64,000 nt of DNA, from NCBI GenBank assembly GCA_964234715.1, contig OZ174277.1. The stretch is one strand, 5' to 3'. The notes beneath the pieces were generated by a model. It was not told the DNA's origin, did no database searches, and saw only the letters and a list, made by a program, of their open reading frames with translations. Within the stretch, counting starts at the first letter, position 1. Each line of letters starts with the position of its first letter. This DNA comes from Podarcis melisellensis. Its lineage: Eukaryota. Shown one piece after another: positions 1-11,984 of the stretch. A program made the position numbers and the translations under genes.

Positions 1-147
1 TTGTATGTCCGTACTGTTTAAGAACATACAACTGTGGGTGTAGCATTTAAAGCAGGGTGACTGGACAGGTTTTTTTGGGATGAACAAACATTGTACTATT
101 CAGTTGAAGACCTGCACCAAATGCTGCAGCTATTCAATCTCTTGTGT

Positions 148-485
148 TAGGGGTAAGGAATACTTTTGGCCCAATAGGCTAGATCTTTATTCCCCACCCC
201 CATGAAGTCATAATGATATCAGGTGATTGGCAGTCTCATCCCCCTGTCAAGGTTGACCAATAGTTGTGGTGGGAAATAGAGACTAACCAGGACTGAACTC
301 CCCACTTATCAACTGCGGGGGCAGGAGGTTCAGTCCTGATTTTTTGTAAGGATCAGCTGCACCCATTGAACCCACCTATCAGTGTGATGTCACCTGATTG
401 ACAGGTGGATGTAGTTTAACAAAAATGGCCCCACAGACCAAAGTAGAACTACCACTGGCTTGCGAGCTGGAGATTTCCTACCTCT
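148..485. mobile_element. Degraded non-autonomous hAT-like (Charlie-type) DNA element
   Basis: Left end GGGGTAAGGAATACTTTTGGCCC and right end GGAGATTTCCTACCTCTG resemble degenerate CAGGGGTNGGNAAC-type TIRs. No TSD confirmed; boundaries approximate. Confidence 0.35.
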
Positions 486-2789
486 GTTCTAGGGCTACAA
501 AAGACACAGAGAGCTGGGTAATGCTCTATTATTTCAAAGAAGCAGTGACTGTTAGAAGGATCATCAAGGGAACTTTCTTTAGCAGATTTCAGGCACTAGT
601 TGGCTTTTCTTGATTCCTAAACAACTCAAGGCTGGAATTAGACATGGGATATATTTGTGTACCATTGAAAACATGACACACACACACATATTTCTGTCAT
701 CATCATCCCCTAAAACTATGTAATGCAAAGGATGTGATGTCACTATTTGAATCATACTTATAACTGTTGACACAAAGAGACAACAGACAAAACAAAAGGA
801 TGGGAGAAGGAATAGGACAGCCCAAGCCCAATAGGACTGCTGAAGCAGAACCTGGAAAGGATTGGGTTCTGGGGCAGAGTACAGGAAGAAGGGTTTCAGG
901 ACCATGGGCAGCAGTTTTGTTGCTTGGAGCAGGAAGGAGCAAGTTGTCTCAGTACTGAATTGTTGCAATTACCAAAGCTTCGTAGTCTGGCTTGAAAAAA
1001 TCTAGACTGAAGCTTGGATAACCTGCCTTCTTCTTTGAGAGAAACCTGCTACAATTAGCTACTGGTATTAATGATGCTAAATAAGTTGGTTCACTCAATA
1101 TGTTAAAATTGACAGTGCAAGATATGCTAAAGAAGTAGACCAGTAACTAATTTTTACTACTTTTGTCATGTGATAGGAAAGCAGAATATAAGCTTTGCTG
1201 CCTGCCCACCATTCCAATTGCTATATTTGCTTCTTTTTAATTGTTCTAGGTATCCTTGTAATTTTACATACTTAGCAGATAAGAAGCTTAATCTGAGATT
1301 CCTTATATGATGCATGAAGTAGGAGTTGCATGTGCTAAATGCCATAAAACCTTTGCATTTTTGAACAATCCATCTATGTGTTGGAATGGCGACTGATTAA
1401 GCCTTTTTATAAAAAAAAACACCACTTTTTTTGCATCCACCAGCTGTTTCGATCATACCTGTATGCTTCATAGTCTCTTTTACTCTTCTTTAAAACTGCT
1501 TAAGGAGGAAGCAGTAAAATCTGTTTAGATGAATAAATCAGATAGTACAATTTTTTAAAAAAATAAAAAGCTTTCTCTCTCGTGCATTCTACAATGCAAG
1601 GATATGCATAAAAAGTGGCTGCTAATATCAGGGTTAGGATTGTGAGCCAAGGCATCGCGGTTAGATTGCTGATATCAATCAGAAGGCTGAACACTTTCCA
1701 GGAACCTTCCAGCACTGAGGCATGCATCATCTGCTGTCCTGGTTTTCATTCAAATCTTTTAACTCTTGCAGCCATTCTAGTTACAAGCATCCCTCCAGCA
1801 GTGGCTGAAGGGGATCGGTATGGTATGCATGAGCATACTGTTTTTCTGCCTTGCTGCCCTGTGCTGTTTGTGTGTGAGGTTCAAGATTAAATTGGAGAAA
1901 AATCTCCGATCAGAAACTGAACATTTTTCCAGCCTCACTCTGTCAAGCTGCACATGCTGAACAGCAGGGGGGATGCAGTAAAGGAGGCAAAGGATGAGCT
2001 GGAAGCAACAAGGAAAATAGGGAGGGCGAGGATATACTCTCAGTAGAGATAATAGGAGAGGCAGAGGGAGGGAGAGAGGGCCAGATATCAGCAGCTCACA
2101 AGTGGCAAAAGCTGGAATGCCAAGAAATTTGAGGGGCTGGCATGGTTAAAACTAACCAGCTACATGCGATCCCAGTTTGTATAGCAGCAGACAACAAAGA
2201 ACACAGGAAGTTTCCCAGATAAAAGACAGTATCTTTCCTCCTATAGTACACCTCCATCCTCACCTATGGAAGCACACTGTGAGGTCTCAACAATCTGTGT
2301 TTTCCCTGCAATGATCCTTTTCAACCCCTTGGAGGATCAGAGCAAATGTACCTTGAGGGACTGGCACATCCTCAAAATTGGAGCCACCTAAATGAGTCTA
2401 AAACATCTCTGATATGAGAATATGGAAGTGCTAAAAGAGCCCTGTGCCATACAGTTCATTGAGGGTGCATAAATTAATATCAATGCTGTTTTTTTGTAAA
2501 GGTTATTTAAAGGTAGTGTTGAAAATAAAAGAGATCATTATATAGCACGGTAATACTAATATCAGCAGTCGATCTCATAAACAGTTGGGCCTTACAGTTA
2601 CAGACATCTTGATTGGAAGTTGTTTGCGGACCAAAATATTTGTTAGCCGATATACACATGCTCAGCTGAGACATGGGTTTCCACGTAAATAACTGTAACT
2701 GTGCTATGTTTTCTCGCCTTTTGAATTATTGCAAAGTTTCCGCATGCCATGCAGAAACACAACAGAGCCTGTACAGTTCAGCAGGAAGA

Positions 2790-2990
2790 GTCTAGGGTTT
2801 CAGTGTTGAGGACCACACAGCAAATTCCCCCCCTCCTTGATTATGAAGCTTACAGGGTGGTCTTGGGCAAGTTCCTGCATCTCAGCTGAACTGAACCCAC
2901 AAGGTTTCTGTGAGGTTTGAAGGAGAGAGCCCCGTATTGTCTGTGCTGAACTCCTTGGAGGAATGGCTAACGACAAATGTGAAAAGCAAA
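2790..2990 (+). mobile_element. Degraded tRNA-derived MIR/CORE-like SINE
   Basis: Matches the better copy at 4787-5165 (TGAAGCTTACAGGGTGGTCTTGGGCAAG, CACAAGGTTTCTGTGAGG, CTCCTTGGAGGAATGG). Confidence 0.5.
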
Positions 2991-3559
2991 CAGATAGCTC
3001 TGGTGTATACGCATGATGTCAATCTTCACACTGCAGGCAGAAAGTTGGAAGCTAAATGAATCCATTGAAAACCAAGACTGGCCCAAGTGTGCAAACGACT
3101 CAAAGAGTTTCTTGGGCCTGGAATGTTTTCAGACAGATTCCAGTGGGGTAGTCAATATAGTGAGTTACAGATTGGCTGTAACGTACATTTTTGACTGGAG
3201 CCCACTTGGCCAGATGTTTGTAGCCCACAGCTGCACATGCTACAATAAATCTGTGGATCATTAAAGTGCCACAGGATTCTTGTTAGTGTATCTTGAGGCT
3301 GCAGTGAAGCAACATGTGATCCACACATTGTGCCTCTGCCACCTTTTTGACAGTTGCTGCACGATCCCTCCTGTGAGTGCTTGAGCCAGCAAAACATCTT
3401 TTAGGACGGTGGTATTCTTGACAGATTTGTTTCTTTCGTATTAGCAGATTTTTCATTTATTGTAATATTAGCAATAAATACGGATAGAAATGAAGGTGAA
3501 AAATGTGCCATAACTATTAGAATAAAGATAAAAATGTAAGTTAGTATCTGGTCATGATA

Positions 3560-3778
3560 CAGTGGTACCCTACTTAACCATACTTAACCTGAAACTGTTC
3601 TTAACCTGAAGCACCACTTTAGCTAATTGGGCCTCCTGCTGCTGCCGCAATGCTGGAGCCCGATTTCTGTTCTCATCCTGAAGCAAAGTTCTTAACCTGA
3701 AGCACTATTTCTGGGTTAGCAGAGTCTTTAACCTGAAGTGTATGTAACCTGAAGCGTATGTAACATGAGGTACCACTG
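3560..3778 (+). mobile_element. Tc1/mariner (pogo/Tigger-like) MITE, family A, copy 1 (internal deletion near left end)
   Basis: TA|CAGTGGTACC ... GAGGTACCACTG|TA with TA target duplication; repeated TAACCTGAAG motif; near-identical to five other copies. Strand labels for family A give relative orientation only. Confidence 0.85.
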
Positions 3779-4428
3779 TATTAGGTTGTTTTTAACTATC
3801 ACCTTATTTTACAGTAGATCAGTAATTTCTTGTTTATACTGAAAGTATGTTTCAGTTTTCCATTGGAAACACACCATAGTAAAAAAACAACAACTGTGGT
3901 ACCAAGTTGCTTTGACCATGGTTATAACCTAAGCAAGTACACTGATTTCTCTAGAAATGTAGACTATATTCAAACAACTGGCAGGGCCCAGAGACTATAA
4001 AAAGCAATTAGATTCTAGATAATTCCCAGAATAAAAGAGAGAAGGCGGAAGAAAAGTGAATTAGAGCACTAATAAGGAGGGTCTCCCCCCCCCCCAGCCA
4101 GTTCCATAGTGAAAAGTATGGCATTATGTGTATCTAGGTGAAAGCAAGGGGAGGAAGAAGTCTACTGTCAAATACTGAAGTAGACAATGGAGGTGTCCTA
4201 TATTTCCGGTAATTACAGGAACACTCAAAGGAGCATGTGCTTCTGCAGCTAAAGCCAGATCCAGCACTGGCCATTTGAACAGTGACCTGGTTGCTCTTAA
4301 CTTGCAAGGCAACACTTTATTCTTCTCCTTACTTCGAGTTATGGTGAGGGCAAAATTTAGTTTTGAAAACCAGTTTTATTCAATTAATCCAGAAATGGCT
4401 ATATTATACTGTTTGTTGCATTTATAGA

Positions 4429-4658
4429 CAATGGTTACCTCCGGTTACAGACGCTCCAGGTTACAGACTCCACTAGCCCAGAAATAGTACCTTGGGTTAA
4501 GAACTTTGCTTCAGGATGAGAACAGAAATCGCATGGCGATGGTGTGTCAGCGGCAGTGGGAGGCCCCATTAGCTAAAGTGGTACCTCAGGTTAAGAACAG
4601 TTTCAGGTTAAGAACAGACCTCCAGAACAAATTAAGTTCTTAACCCGAGGTACCACTG
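4429..4658 (-). mobile_element. pogo/Tigger-like MITE, family A, copy 2 (inverted relative to copy 1)
   Basis: CAATGGTTACCTCCGGTTAC ... TAACCCGAGGTACCACTG|TA; internal sequence is the reverse complement of copy 1. Confidence 0.85.
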
Positions 4659-4786
4659 TAATACCTTTATACTGAAGCACCAATGGTGGTTTACAATTTA
4701 AAATATTGACACAAACGAATGGTGCAAAATATTCTCAGACTGATTTCAAGATCTGATAGCACTCACTCTCTGAAGTAATTCCAGCT

Positions 4787-5165
4787 TGGTGTAGTGGATA
4801 GAGTGTTGGACTAGGACCTGGGAGACCCAGGTTCAAGTCAGTGCTCAGCCTAGGTTGCCATCTTTCAAAAAGTAAAAACCAGGACACCCCAAAAGTTGAG
4901 CTTTTTTAAAAAAGAAACCCCCAAAATTGTTGAGCTTTCTTTTACAAAAACACCAAAAAAGTAAGTTTGAGACTTGCCTAAAATCCAGTACAAAGTACAA
5001 CATTTCAGAGGCATGGTAGGCCTAGCTCAGCCGTGAAGCTCACTGGGTCAACTTGGACACTGGGTCGCTGTCTCTCACCCCAGCCCACCTCAAAGGGTTA
5101 TTTGTGGGCGGTAAATGCGGAGCTCCTTGGAGGAATAGCTGGGGTATAAATGCAAATAATAATAA
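4787..5165 (+). mobile_element. tRNA-derived MIR/CORE-like SINE interrupted by a hAT MITE
   Basis: A-box-like TGGTGTAGTGG and B-box-like GGTTCAAGTC; body resumes after 5024 (GCTCAGCCGTGAAGCTCACTGGG ... CTCCTTGGAGGAATAG); A-rich tail. Confidence 0.7.
4851..5024. mobile_element. hAT-superfamily MITE nested in a SINE
   Basis: Imperfect TIRs TAGGTTGCCAT / ATGGTAGGCCTA; perfect 8-bp TSD GCTCAGCC at 4843-4850 and 5025-5032. An 8-bp TSD is typical of hAT elements. Confidence 0.8.
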
Positions 5166-7949
5166 TGATGATGATGTAATTTTGACCATTACATTCTTTA
5201 TTCTTTTGCAACTCTGATACTGTTCTCCTCTTCAGTTGGCCAGATGTACTGTACAGGCTGCTGTGCAGGATTTGAAAGATTCTATTCAGTTCAGGAACAC
5301 AAACTCTCTTTCTGTTTGATCATCAGAAAAGTAGCTACCTAAGTCTGTTGCAGCAAAAATGACAAAGAATTCTGCAACGACTTAAAGACTAGTTTATTTA
5401 TGAGCTTTCATAGGCAAAATCTCCCTTCATCAGATTTAAGCCTGCTACACCTAATAAAGCAGATTCTAGTCTTCAAAAGCTGACACTACAATATATTTCC
5501 CGGTCTTTAAGAACTCTGTGTTGATGTATTTATGTTCACCTCTGTAGAAAATGTGTTTAAAAAAACCAACAACAGGGAGGCGAGGTGGACAGTTGACTGA
5601 TTCTGGTTGGGTGATGGTGCCTAAAGAAGCTTCATCCTACAAGCAGTGTTAACTTATTCAGGAATCAAGATGTACAGTTTTCATCTTGTTCACAAATTTA
5701 ACTGTAATAGCACTTTCTCTTCTGTGTTAAGCATTCAGAGTCAAAGGGATGAGCACAGAGATGCCCACAAATGACAAGTCAGCCAAGCTGCACAGCCTGG
5801 CAAGCATGTAAAGTAATGAATATAGAAGAGCAGATTGCAAAAACAGCACAACAGTAGACGAAAAGCAATTTTCCTGACTTTTCCTTTGAGCAAATTATAT
5901 TATAGCTTCAGCTTGGCAGAACATCAAAACGTCTGCATAGACAACCTCTGCTCCCTTACTGCTATTCTGTGACTTGATTTGGAGAAGAGAGGTAATTTAA
6001 TATTTTTCCATTTTGTTTGATTTTTGTGCAAAATGGAAAGGAGTAAATGTTTTTTCCTCTTCTTTCCTGATAGGGCATGCAATGAATTTTTGATAGAATC
6101 AGAGCTGTCAGCAGCTGTACCTTGCAAAATATTTTGCAACTTGATGGGCTTCTCATGCCAAAGAGATTACAGTCTACTTAAGGCTTTGTTATAATTAATA
6201 TATCCCAATAGGTCCTCTTAGAGTCTGCATATGACCATCTACTTCAATGACATGACACACCTATAAATTATATTTGTTCCTGTAATGTAGGCAGAAGTAT
6301 GTAGCTCACCAAATGTGAAATAAAAACAGAACACAGCTTTAGTGATAAACCAGTACTGGTATGATTCAAAATACTTTCCACTGAGACAGGGTAGATATCC
6401 TTCCCTCCCCCTCCCCAATTTGAATATTGGGACCTGACCTGTTGCAAACATGCAATGCACCATAGTGGAAATGGCCTAAAACTATGTTTAAAAATCTGAT
6501 TTAAAGACAAATCACCCATAGATACTGCTAAGTGCTACTGAATTCAGTGGTTCTTATTCTCAGGTAAATGGCACTAGGATGGCTGCCTCAGTTCGGGACA
6601 AGAATAGATCAGGTATAGAAAGAATTGTGACCTGTAGTTTATGTGCTACGGGAATGAGCTAATAATGTAGCTGAGCTAAACCTATTATATATGGCTCAGA
6701 AAGACTAGCTCAAGAAGAGAAATGTACCATTTTTAGTATTTATGAGATTACAGAATTGTTTAATGAAACTCAAAATAAGATTAATGAATAAATTTGTGGT
6801 TATCAGACTGATCAAACAAGGAAGAATTCTATTGGAAAGGAAATTATTTGCTCTGCGCATGGGAATTGCCTTTTAAATAAAATTTCAGTGTCCATTCAAG
6901 ATCTAGAGATAAGAAGTATTCCAGACTTAATTGGCAGAGAACAAACACAGGGTAATATTTTGGCTTCATTGTACCCATGATTCTGCAGGAATTCAGACTC
7001 AATAGCTTTATTTTGGAATGTACAAGAGAAATGCAACCGTATCTACAACTCATTCCTACCACTAAGAATTTAGGGATGCTAACTATTGTGCCCCAGTGTT
7101 CAGTGTGTAGTTTTAATCTAATCTGTACAAATTGATCCTAGTTCAAGTACCTTTGCAGCTGATTTTATCCACTTTTTGCTTTGCATTGTAGACTATGTTC
7201 AGGGGGATAAAGTCTCTTACTTTCCCATCTGTATTTAGGGTCTGACAGATCATGGCATCTTAGGCCTAGCTGTGTCAATCACTCATTTAAGAAACAAAGG
7301 GAAATGCTACATAGGAGCCTCCTTCCAAGGTTATGTGCATGGACCACGCTGAGAAGGGTCTGCCCTGTCTATGCCTAATGCTGGTCTTGTAATTGCACTT
7401 TGAAGGAATACAAACCACTTAAGAGTTCAACATGGTCGTCTTGTAGCAGCAGCCAGTCATTGATTTGCTGTCAGAAGATAATGAAGGCCAAGGTTATTGT
7501 CACAAAATTACACTGTAAGCTAGCATACATCTTTTCCACCTTTACCTCTTCCTTGTTTTGCTTTGTTTTGTTTTTAATTTGGCTTTCCCTCTGGATCAGA
7601 TGCTATTTTAAACTGGCATTCTCCAATCTAGGGTCACAGTGTAAACCTATAGAAGTTTACTCATAAGTAATTGAGTTTGGTGGACTTATTTAAGTAGATC
7701 TAGCGTGGCAGTAATGTGACCTGGTCTGCCACCGTGTAAGATTCCACAGTTTCTGTTTGCATCTTGGTGTCCATCTGCTCTTGTAATATTAGTTGTTGTG
7801 TTGAACTCTGCCTAAGCCTATGAAACCAGAATGGCAATAATATTTATGGCAATATGTGCTATATCTGGTATTCTAATGAGAATGTGTTGAAGTGGTATAT
7901 ATGAGTTTAATACGGCTCTATCCCTTGACCTGCATGGCGATTATGATGC

Positions 7950-8611
7950 TTTATTAAATTTGTATACTGCACTTCAACTGAAGATCTCAGGGCAGTTCAC
8001 AACATAAAATACAGAATAAAACAACAAAGTACTTAATAAAGACAAGAACAAAAACAAAATAAACCAAACACATGTTAAAGTACACAGACTGTTAATCAGC
8101 CAAAGACCCAGTTGAAGAAGAACATTTTCACCTGGTGCGTAAAGAAGTATAATGAAGGTGCCAGATGAACCTCTCTGGGGAGAACATTCACAAACAGGGA
8201 GTCACTGCAGAAAAGTCCATGTTGCCACCCTCCAGACCTCTTGTGGAGGAAGTACAGTGGTACCTCAGGTAACATACGCTTCAGGTTACATACACTTCAG
8301 GTTAAAGACTCCGCTAACCCAGAAATAGTGCTTCAGGTTAAGAACTTTGCTTCAGGATGAGAACAGAAATCGGGCTCCAGTGGCGCGGGAGCAGCAGGAG
8401 GCCCCATTAGCTAAAGTGGTGCTTCAGGTTAAGAACAGATTAAGTACGGACCTCCGGAATAAATTAAGTACTTAACCTGAGGTACCACTGTATACAAATA
8501 GTGATGATCACAGAGTCCGGGTCAGTTCATATGGGAAGAGGTGGTCCTTGAGGTATTGCGGTACTGAGCAGTTTAAGGCTTTATAGATTAAAACCAGCAC
8601 TTGGAATTGGA
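7950..8611 (-). mobile_element. LINE (L2/CR1-group) 3' remnant interrupted by a MITE
   Basis: Colinear with 61420-61838 (TTTGTATACTGC..CTCAGGGCAGTTCACA, CTCTCTGGGGAGAACATTCACAA, GGTGGTCCTTG..GTATTGC); ends in AAGGCTTTATAGATTAAAACCAGCAC. Confidence 0.65.
8255..8490 (-). mobile_element. pogo/Tigger-like MITE, family A, copy 3
   Basis: TA|CAGTGGTACCTCAGGT ... ACCTGAGGTACCACTG|TA; inserted inside the LINE remnant. Confidence 0.9.
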
Positions 8612-11600
8612 AACCCTATAGCTACTGCAGCCTTCAAGAAGGGTAGTTACACAAATCATCAAAAAACCCCACCCACCATGACCTTCGTGTAATTCAGCAA
8701 CTATGGGCATCTCGCCCTTACTTACTTTGTGTCTCACCTTAATGTAATTTACTTGTCATTTTTTCAAACAGCTTCTGATAAATTGACAGATAAAACATTA
8801 TGTTTGTGAGGGGTGGTGTGTGTGCAATCAACCACATTTGAAACAGAGCAGGCAGGAAGATTCCATGAACTGACTCAAGGGCTCAGTCAGAGGAGAAAGA
8901 ATGTTATTCTAGGGTGGAACACAAATTGATAATAGGAACAAAATTGCCACATCATTTCCCAAGAATAATCCCATTAACTGGAGCAGAATCTACTTCTTTC
9001 TAAATTGATTTTGGCATTATTATACTCCATCCACCCAACATTATTCCAGAAGTCTGGTACCCTTCACCATAATGGGGGGCATGGGGGGTGAGGAAATACC
9101 CTGCTGTGTACCGTACTTCTTCTTTTGTGTATTCTTAACTTTTAGTGAGGTGTAGTATTATGGACTGTATCAAAACCTTCGCAGCTTCGGTGACTCTGGA
9201 ATCTTCTAACAAGCATTTTCTTCCATTATAAACTCACAAGGCTTACAAATCGTGTGTGTTTGAAATTCCATCAGGCTGAAGGTGGAGGCACAAATGTTGC
9301 TTTGCAAATGGGTTTACGGAGAACATCAATTAACCTATTTTAAATTGTGAGGAATTGGAAATGTTCGTCATTTTCTTTGCCCTGTACTAAGCTTTAATCT
9401 AAGCTCATGAGAGGATAAAAAAGCTCTAAACAACTGACTTGGAAAGCAAAGAAAAGAGAAGTTCTCTCAGATGTATGATTTTAAAAGATTGTGTTACATA
9501 TCTAGAAAGCACCAGTCCTCTCCTTTTTATACCCTTTTATAATGTGAAAACACACAGGATGCTCAAGGAAATGAATGACAGGTGCATTTCAAACCAAGTA
9601 AATGAACCGTTTCTTCCCAGAGCAATAAACCAGCTAGTAATTTTGATTGTCACAAGAGATTATCACGGCAAATATGCAATCCTGTTTCTTCATTTAAAAT
9701 GAAATGATAAGGTCCACAAACATTGGAAGTATAGATCCTTTCCCCCACCAATGCCTGTGAAATGTATTTTTCTGCGATATGTTGAGTTACTGGCCTCAAT
9801 GTAGACAATGCTAAACTGGGCTTACTGGGTTTCCTAGCTCAAAAGGAAATTGCACTACGAATGATAGCAGAAGGCCGAATGTCGGGGAAGTCAAACATAG
9901 CAACTGCTTTCTCTTAAAACTCCTGCCAGAATACTGCAATTCTCAGCAGCACCCTGGAATACTGAGAACAATGGGAACTACATTCCCCATGATTCTCTGC
10001 ATTCTCAGAAGGTGTTGTCATCATGTGCATCCGTTTCCAGGGCTGCGGGCTCATTTCACTAACCTGGTGCCATGGAAGAGCCTGATGCCTTGAACCCTTG
10101 GCAAATAGTTCAGGCCTGGAGACATCTGGGCTGTAAAGATTAATTTCAAAATTAAACCAGAATGGGTATGGAAGGACACATAAAATACAATGTCTGAATC
10201 TTCCCACCTTACCAGCTCAATAGTAAACTATAACAATAATATCTGAGCTCAAATGGACATAGGAAGAATGTAAAAGAAATTTAAATAACATTGAAATAAA
10301 TGACCCCATCCTATCTGATCCTCCAAATGTTTGCTCGCATTGAATGGCTTTATTTTGCACAGGATATGGTTCTGGGTAGCATCAATGAGAAGGAAGTTAC
10401 TTAACTGAAGAGCAGCATTTTAATGTACCTTTTTACATATCCACATGGTGTTCTTACCTTGCTTAAGGTTCAAGCTAGTGCATGCCGCCTCTGAACCGAC
10501 GTGTCTACAAATGTAAAGAACCTTGTATTGTCACAAGCTGGTAAGGTTATAGGTACATTTTCCCTTGGCATGAGATCCAGAGAAATTAGAGATGGCAGCC
10601 TAGCTAGGCCCTGTGCCAAGTGAGAACCAGGATGATGGTTGAACTTTGGTTGGTGACAGGAACCCTTAATAGAATTGGTTCCATGTAACAGCCTTACTCA
10701 ATTGTCCTCTGGGGCCAGTCATGCTTGTGCTCCTCTAAATGGTTTAAGCACCTCCTGGATTGAGGTTCTAGCCTTCCTGGAGCTCATATTGGTAACTCAT
10801 TTAGTATGTTGACTTAATTGAGGTGCTAAAAGTATTTTCTGGTTTGTTTGCTGTTTCCAATAGGATACATGAAGTTAAACGGAACCAAACCTTAGCACAT
10901 TTCCCCTCAAATATCTTCCAAAATATTTACATTGTGCACTTTTCCTCAGGAAGGTGGTCCGGCAAATGTGCTTACACAGAAGATGCTCCAATAATTTAAC
11001 AGATTTATTACAGAAAATGATACTAAACAGCTATTTTATATGTCAGCTTTAAAGCTTGTGAAAAGCAACTAAACACATGCATAAGACCAGTACATAAATC
11101 AGCCCAATAAAACAGCTTTGTAAATATTTATGCACTCAGTGCTCTCAGTTTCACGCTCGCTTCCTTTACCTCCACCTCTTAAATTTCCTCTCTCTTTAGT
11201 TTATGGCTGTGAGTGGTTTTGGTTGTCTGCCTGGCATTGCTTAATTACTTACTGCTTCCTCTGGTATCATGTACCATAATCCTAAATCTTCACAAACTCT
11301 GATTACCTTAGGAATTGGATGCAGTTATTCCATTAAGTCTAAATGGAACCCTTGTGGGAGTAAAAGGGGACTCTACAGGGTGAATTTACTGCCTCGGTGG
11401 TAGTAACCCATTGGAGGTAGTGGCCAGGCAAAAGTGGGCAAAGGGCCAATCTCCACTGCTAGTGAAAGAGCCCACAGTTCTGTGCTGATTTCTTCCTCTT
11501 CCCCACATTAGCTCTGGTGCCTTCTTGCTCAGGAAGCTGGAGGGCAGTTCACTCAGTCAGCCTTTCCGTTTCTTTGAGGCATTGGAATGCTAATGGAATT

Positions 11601-11819
11601 GAGATATTGAATGGGGGTGTACAGAAATGGGGAACCTCCAGGCCTTGTTGCACCACATCTTATTATCTATGACGACTGGCCATGTTGGCTGTGGCTGATG
11701 GAAGCTGGAACGAAGGGCAGGCAGGGCACAGTCCTGTTCTCAGTCAGTGAACACGTGGCGCAATGATAGGACAGTCTGCTTTGCACCTCGGTATAAAAGG
11801 CTAGTTCATATACATTTAG

Positions 11820-11984
11820 GAACATAGGAAGCTGCCATTCACTGAGTCAGACCATTGGTCCATCTAGGTCAGTGTTGTCTCCAATGACCACCAGCAGCTA
11901 CAAGATTCTAGACTGGGTTCTTTCCCAGTTCTACCTGGCAGTGCCAGTGATTGAGCCTGGAACCTTCTGTATGCAAAGCAGATA
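11820..11984 (-). mobile_element. tRNA-derived SINE (same family as 20150-20316)
   Basis: Reverse complement reads ATCTGCTTTGCATACAGAAGGTTCCAGGCTCAATC ... GATGGACCAATGGTCTGACTCAG ... CAGCTTCCTATGTTC. Confidence 0.7.

Noticed and set aside
3560-3778. CRISPR-like repeat/spacer pattern from recurring TAACCTGAAG (and CGCAAGACGAA at 63472-63769)
   Set aside because: Repeats are ~10 bp, irregularly spaced and lie inside TA-flanked MITEs in a vertebrate genome; no cas genes.
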